A stretch of 64,000 bases of DNA, from NCBI GenBank assembly GCA_964035545.1, contig OZ037768.1, positions 10,138,741 through 10,202,740 of the forward strand, given 5' to 3'. Both the position numbers and the translations under genes were made by a program. The notes under the pieces were generated by a model. That model searched no databases, was not told where the DNA came from, and saw only the letters and a program-made list of their open reading frames with translations. Positions 60,601-64,000 of the stretch are shown here, one piece after another; the stretch's first letter is position 1; each line of letters begins with the position of its first letter. Source of the stretch: Bugula neritina (taxonomy: Eukaryota; Animalia; Bryozoa).

Positions 60601-62249
60601 TAAAGTATTAACTAACTAATTGATTGAACACATTAAGATGTATTCTTTGACCATTCAAAAAATTGAGATTCATTTAAACAAATATTATAGAATGCCACAT
60701 GGTTTTTTCTAAGTACAACAAATAAACAGTGTTGCAGTTACTATATTAGAGTGTGCACTTCAATTATTAAAAAGCAACACTTCAACACAGCTAAGATATC
60801 AAAAAATTACATACCACTTCAAGCTGCAAAAGTAACAAAGCAACAAGTGCAAAATTAAAATAGTAACTTTATTTTTTCTAGTATTAGACCATAAACCCGC
60901 AATTCAAACTGCCTATTTGTCTCGAGAGCATATGATTGGTTAGAGACAGGCTATATGCTAGTGCACTTGTACTAGTGTACTAGTGTATGGACCAAGAGCA
61001 TCTAACGCCATGAGCTGTTTCTTGATTACAGTGATGAATAGATGCCCAAAACAAAAGCTCAGCCTATAACCGAACACGTGTGTAGGTATCAACAAACCTT
61101 GACAACACTGGCTAGTGCTTGCTGCCCAATAGCATCTGTGATATCACCCCCATTTTCTTGTCCGCTCCCACTATAAGAAATTAATAATCAGGTACATTAA
61201 AACAAAAATTATAAAGAAAGCATAACATACACCAAAAGCTGCTTAAAATTATTGGATAATAAATCAATTACTCAGGGAAAATATAGTTATGTACACATAG
61301 TGTTATAGTTATTCACGTACTCTTAGTGATAGCTCTATACATTAAGTTTAACTTATAGTATTACTATTAGTTATACTGATACTAAATCTTATACTGATAC
61401 TCAACTTATAGTTACACTTAAACTTATACTTATAGTGTCTGGTACTACTAGCGTTAGTACAGTATTAGTAGACAATGAGTTAGTAGTAGCTGTAGTGAGT
61501 CAAAGTGTGACTATGTCTAATCCTATTGGCATTGCCAGTATGAGTATGAGTATCAATATCATCATCATGATCATACTCACTCTAAGTATTACCATCATAA
61601 TGAGTGTGAGTATCAGTATGACTACGAGTATGAGCATCAGATTCAGTATGATCCTGATAGTGACTAGTGAGTATCAGTATTAGTATAAGTATGACTATAA
61701 GTATGAGTATGACTATGAGATTGAGTATCAGGAATGCTGTAAGACTAAGAGTTAGAGTAACTGTAAGACTAAGTCAGTAAGTGCTTTCACTTTCAGAGTT
61801 TTAGTGTGAGTGTAACTGTATAACATTATCATTAACATTAACTTTAAGTTTAACTTATGAGTTATAACTTATAAGTTATAAGTGTAAGTATTCACAATCA
61901 ATATCACTATGACTATGAGTATGACTATTCATTCTGACTTCCACTTTCAGTATGACTATCACTATGATATTGACTATCACTATCACTATGACTATGAGTA
62001 TGACTATCACTATGACTATGAGATTGAGTATCAGTATGACTATGAGTATGACTATGAGTATTGGACATGTCACAGATTTACTCTTAGAGCAGTAGCAGCT
62101 TACCGTTTCCTTTTTGCTGATTCTGCACGAACTTTGATTAACTTCCATATTATAGCAGCTGTCCCTACAACAGCAACTACTCCTTGAGGGCTTATTTTAC
62201 CGGCGATTGAAGAGGATAGCTGATCCTTAAATTTACTAAGAGCCGCCAT
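54617..62249 (-). CDS. ABCD3: Peroxisomal ABC half-transporter PMP70; 16 exons: 62249-62104, 61170-61098, 60032-59937, 59666-59508, 59360-59263, 58940-58817, 58558-58359, 58061-57922, 57595-57498, 57264-57173, 56862-56701, 56228-56087, 55693-55628, 55466-55257, 55161-55000, 54694-54617; ~681 aa
   Basis: MAALSKF start, [33 protein letters not shown] motif [10 protein letters not shown], Walker A GPNGCGKS, signature LSGGEKQR, Walker [10 protein letters not shown]-terminus [25 protein letters not shown]. Confidence 0.96.
60815..60823 (-). other. Candidate 9-nt frame-preserving microexon (LEV) in ABCD3 intron 2
   Basis: TTTTGCACTTGTTGCTTTGTTACTTTTGCAG|CTTGAAGTG|GTATGT; flanking exons are both phase 0. 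Confidence 0.5.
61300..62095. repeat. Phase-locked degenerate hexamer tract in ABCD3 intron 1 (clearest example)
   Basis: tatgac tatcac tatgat attgac tatcac tatcac tatgac tatgag tatgac tatcac tatgac tatgag attgag tatcag; begins immediately after the exon-1 donor. Confidence 0.9.
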
Positions 62250-63850
62250 ATTAGTTTCCGGTATAACTTTTTCTGCAATAAGCTACAAAATGGACTTTGA
62301 TTGTTTACACCTAAAGGTGAGAATATAGGACAAATATTCTTTTGGGAGTTGCTCTCTTTACACAAGCAGCTGTTGTAAACTATTGTCACGTATATCTAGC
62401 TTGACAGTGATCAACTAATGCGATGCCTATTAATGATTTATTATTTGCTTGTGTGCTGTCTATGTGCTATATACTCCGTACTATGTGATTATGGTGCATG
62501 GGTGATGTATACACTGTGAGAAATAAACAGGTAGTTATTCCAATGCCCCACTCATAGCCATTTTGAGGCCCATGAAGTGTTTTATAATAAGTTGGAAGTT
62601 CTTTAGGCTATATCATATAATTTACATTTTGTCATAATATTTATTGCCAGTGCAGTGAGAATTACAGAAATACATATTAGAATGTGCTTATAGCTCAGGA
62701 TTGGTGTTAAATGATTTAAATTAAACAATGCAAAGATGAACTCTTGCTCCTGCATATTATTGTTATTGTTAATGTACACGTCTTAATTAAATTAATTGGG
62801 AGTGAACTTGTTTTTGCATAACTATATAATTATGATGTGCTATTGTAATTTTTGTAATAATCATTTAACTTCTGTCATACAGATCGGACTTACCCAGAGT
62901 TGTACAACTTTCATATGCATACATGATTTTATTCTATAAATATTTTAATAGGTGAACAAGAGAATAATAGTAGTTAGGTCGATGGTTTATAAGAGTTCAG
63001 AGCATCAAGAATATAACTGTTTTAGATAATTTTATGCAATTTTCTTTCACTTTCTCATAAACTAGACTAAATAATGGAATATAATTGCAATAATATAGAT
63101 TATATCCTTGCTTAATATACCTGCCATGCATATTGCGGCATCTGCTATTGATAGGAAATTTATAATCTTAAATTTAGAACAGCAACACTGTTTATATTTT
63201 AATATTTATAAGCATGTAATATGCTTATAAAGAGAATTCAGCAGATGCAAAAGTATTGAAGTAAGCTGACAATAGAATAAGAAATTTTTATTATGATGAA
63301 ATCAAATATAAAAATATGAAAAAAATACAATCTGACAAAAAGTTAAATAATTTCACTGCAACATGAACAAAAGCATTACTTTTACAATTAAGAATAAATG
63401 AAACTAGCTGATTTTAAATTCTATAATAGAAAATAAAAGTTGTTTCCAGCACGGTTAAAATGTGGTAAAAATGTAACACTTTATGTAGAAAATTATCCAT
63501 CTTATCAGCCCATATTACAATAAAAATAATCATGTAACTAAATAAATTCATGTACTTCATTTTAAAACGATTCACATAATATTTAATTTATTATATGAGC
63601 ACTGAATGAGTTACAGTTACAATGCTAAATTTTTTTTGTTGCGTCTATCAAATTTTAGAACTACAATAATTATCAAGCTGCTTGTAAAGCTCTGCAGTGA
63701 TAGAAATTAAAAAAAAAATTCCAACTATATATAAAAAATATCTAATATTTATCTATTGCAGATGCTGAGCAAACACCATATAATATCTTGCATAAAAAAC
63801 TTTTTCACATCTTATGAAATATAAATTAAACTTATCTGTCTTGCTGCATA

Positions 63851-63928
63851 TCACTCGAAATCAATCTCTTCATCATCAGCAATGGGTTGAAACTGGTATC
63901 CCCCCACCCCATCAAGTCGCAAATAGTA
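63851..63928 (-). CDS. ABCD3: Last exon of a second, tandem ABCD3-like paralog (rest lies beyond the right edge)
   Basis: CCTTGCAG|YYLRLDGVGGYQFQPIADDEEIDFE*; same 78-nt length, same phase and clear similarity to the ABCD3 last exon [25 protein letters not shown]. Confidence 0.85.
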   Translation of the reverse strand, partial: YYLRLDGVGGYQFQPIADDEEIDFE

Positions 63929-64000
63929 CTGCAAGGAAAAAACTCAATATAGGTTTGAGCAAATATAATTTAGAATAAAATGTTATAAAAATATTTGAAA

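Noticed and set aside
61435-62187. Low-complexity ORFs (YDYHYD, IVILIV, SMSMSI; also 11267-11527, 25783-25968)
   Set aside because: By-products of the 6-bp lattice inside first introns; no splice or start context.
62290-63000. Plus-strand gene divergent from ABCD3 (donor-like sites at 62316 and 62531)
   Set aside because: No coherent exon chain; the region is better explained as the ABCD3 promoter plus the paralog's 3' flank.
63205-63231. 11-bp inverted repeat TTTATAAGCAT/ATGCTTATAAA
   Set aside because: Short and AT-rich; expected by chance at this composition.

Overview
AT-rich, intron-rich animal (invertebrate, possibly lophotrochozoan) genomic DNA; the species cannot be determined from this window. 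I assembled spliced gene models by hand from GT-AG signals and reading phase. In order: the 5' part of a DCTN3-like gene (-), LARP6 (+), a possible small unannotated multi-exon unit (-), GALK2 (+), ARPC4 (+), SLC25A20 (-), an orphan N-myristoylated beta-propeller/NHL-like gene (+), a ~30-exon uncharacterised EF-hand-like gene (+), ABCD3/PMP70 (-), and the last exon of a second tandem ABCD3 paralog at the right edge. Mobile DNA: a 5'-truncated CR1-type LINE, two tRNA-derived SINE copies (one with a 16-bp TSD), two MITE families and a Helitron-like relic. The most striking unexplained signal is a set of 0.3-1 kb tracts of sequence-diverse, phase-locked hexamers (TATGAC/TATGAG/ATACTC/AGTAAA/ACTAAT). 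They sit just downstream of the 5' end of each housekeeping-type gene, occur on both sides of the two clear divergent promoters, and are absent from the large EF-hand gene.
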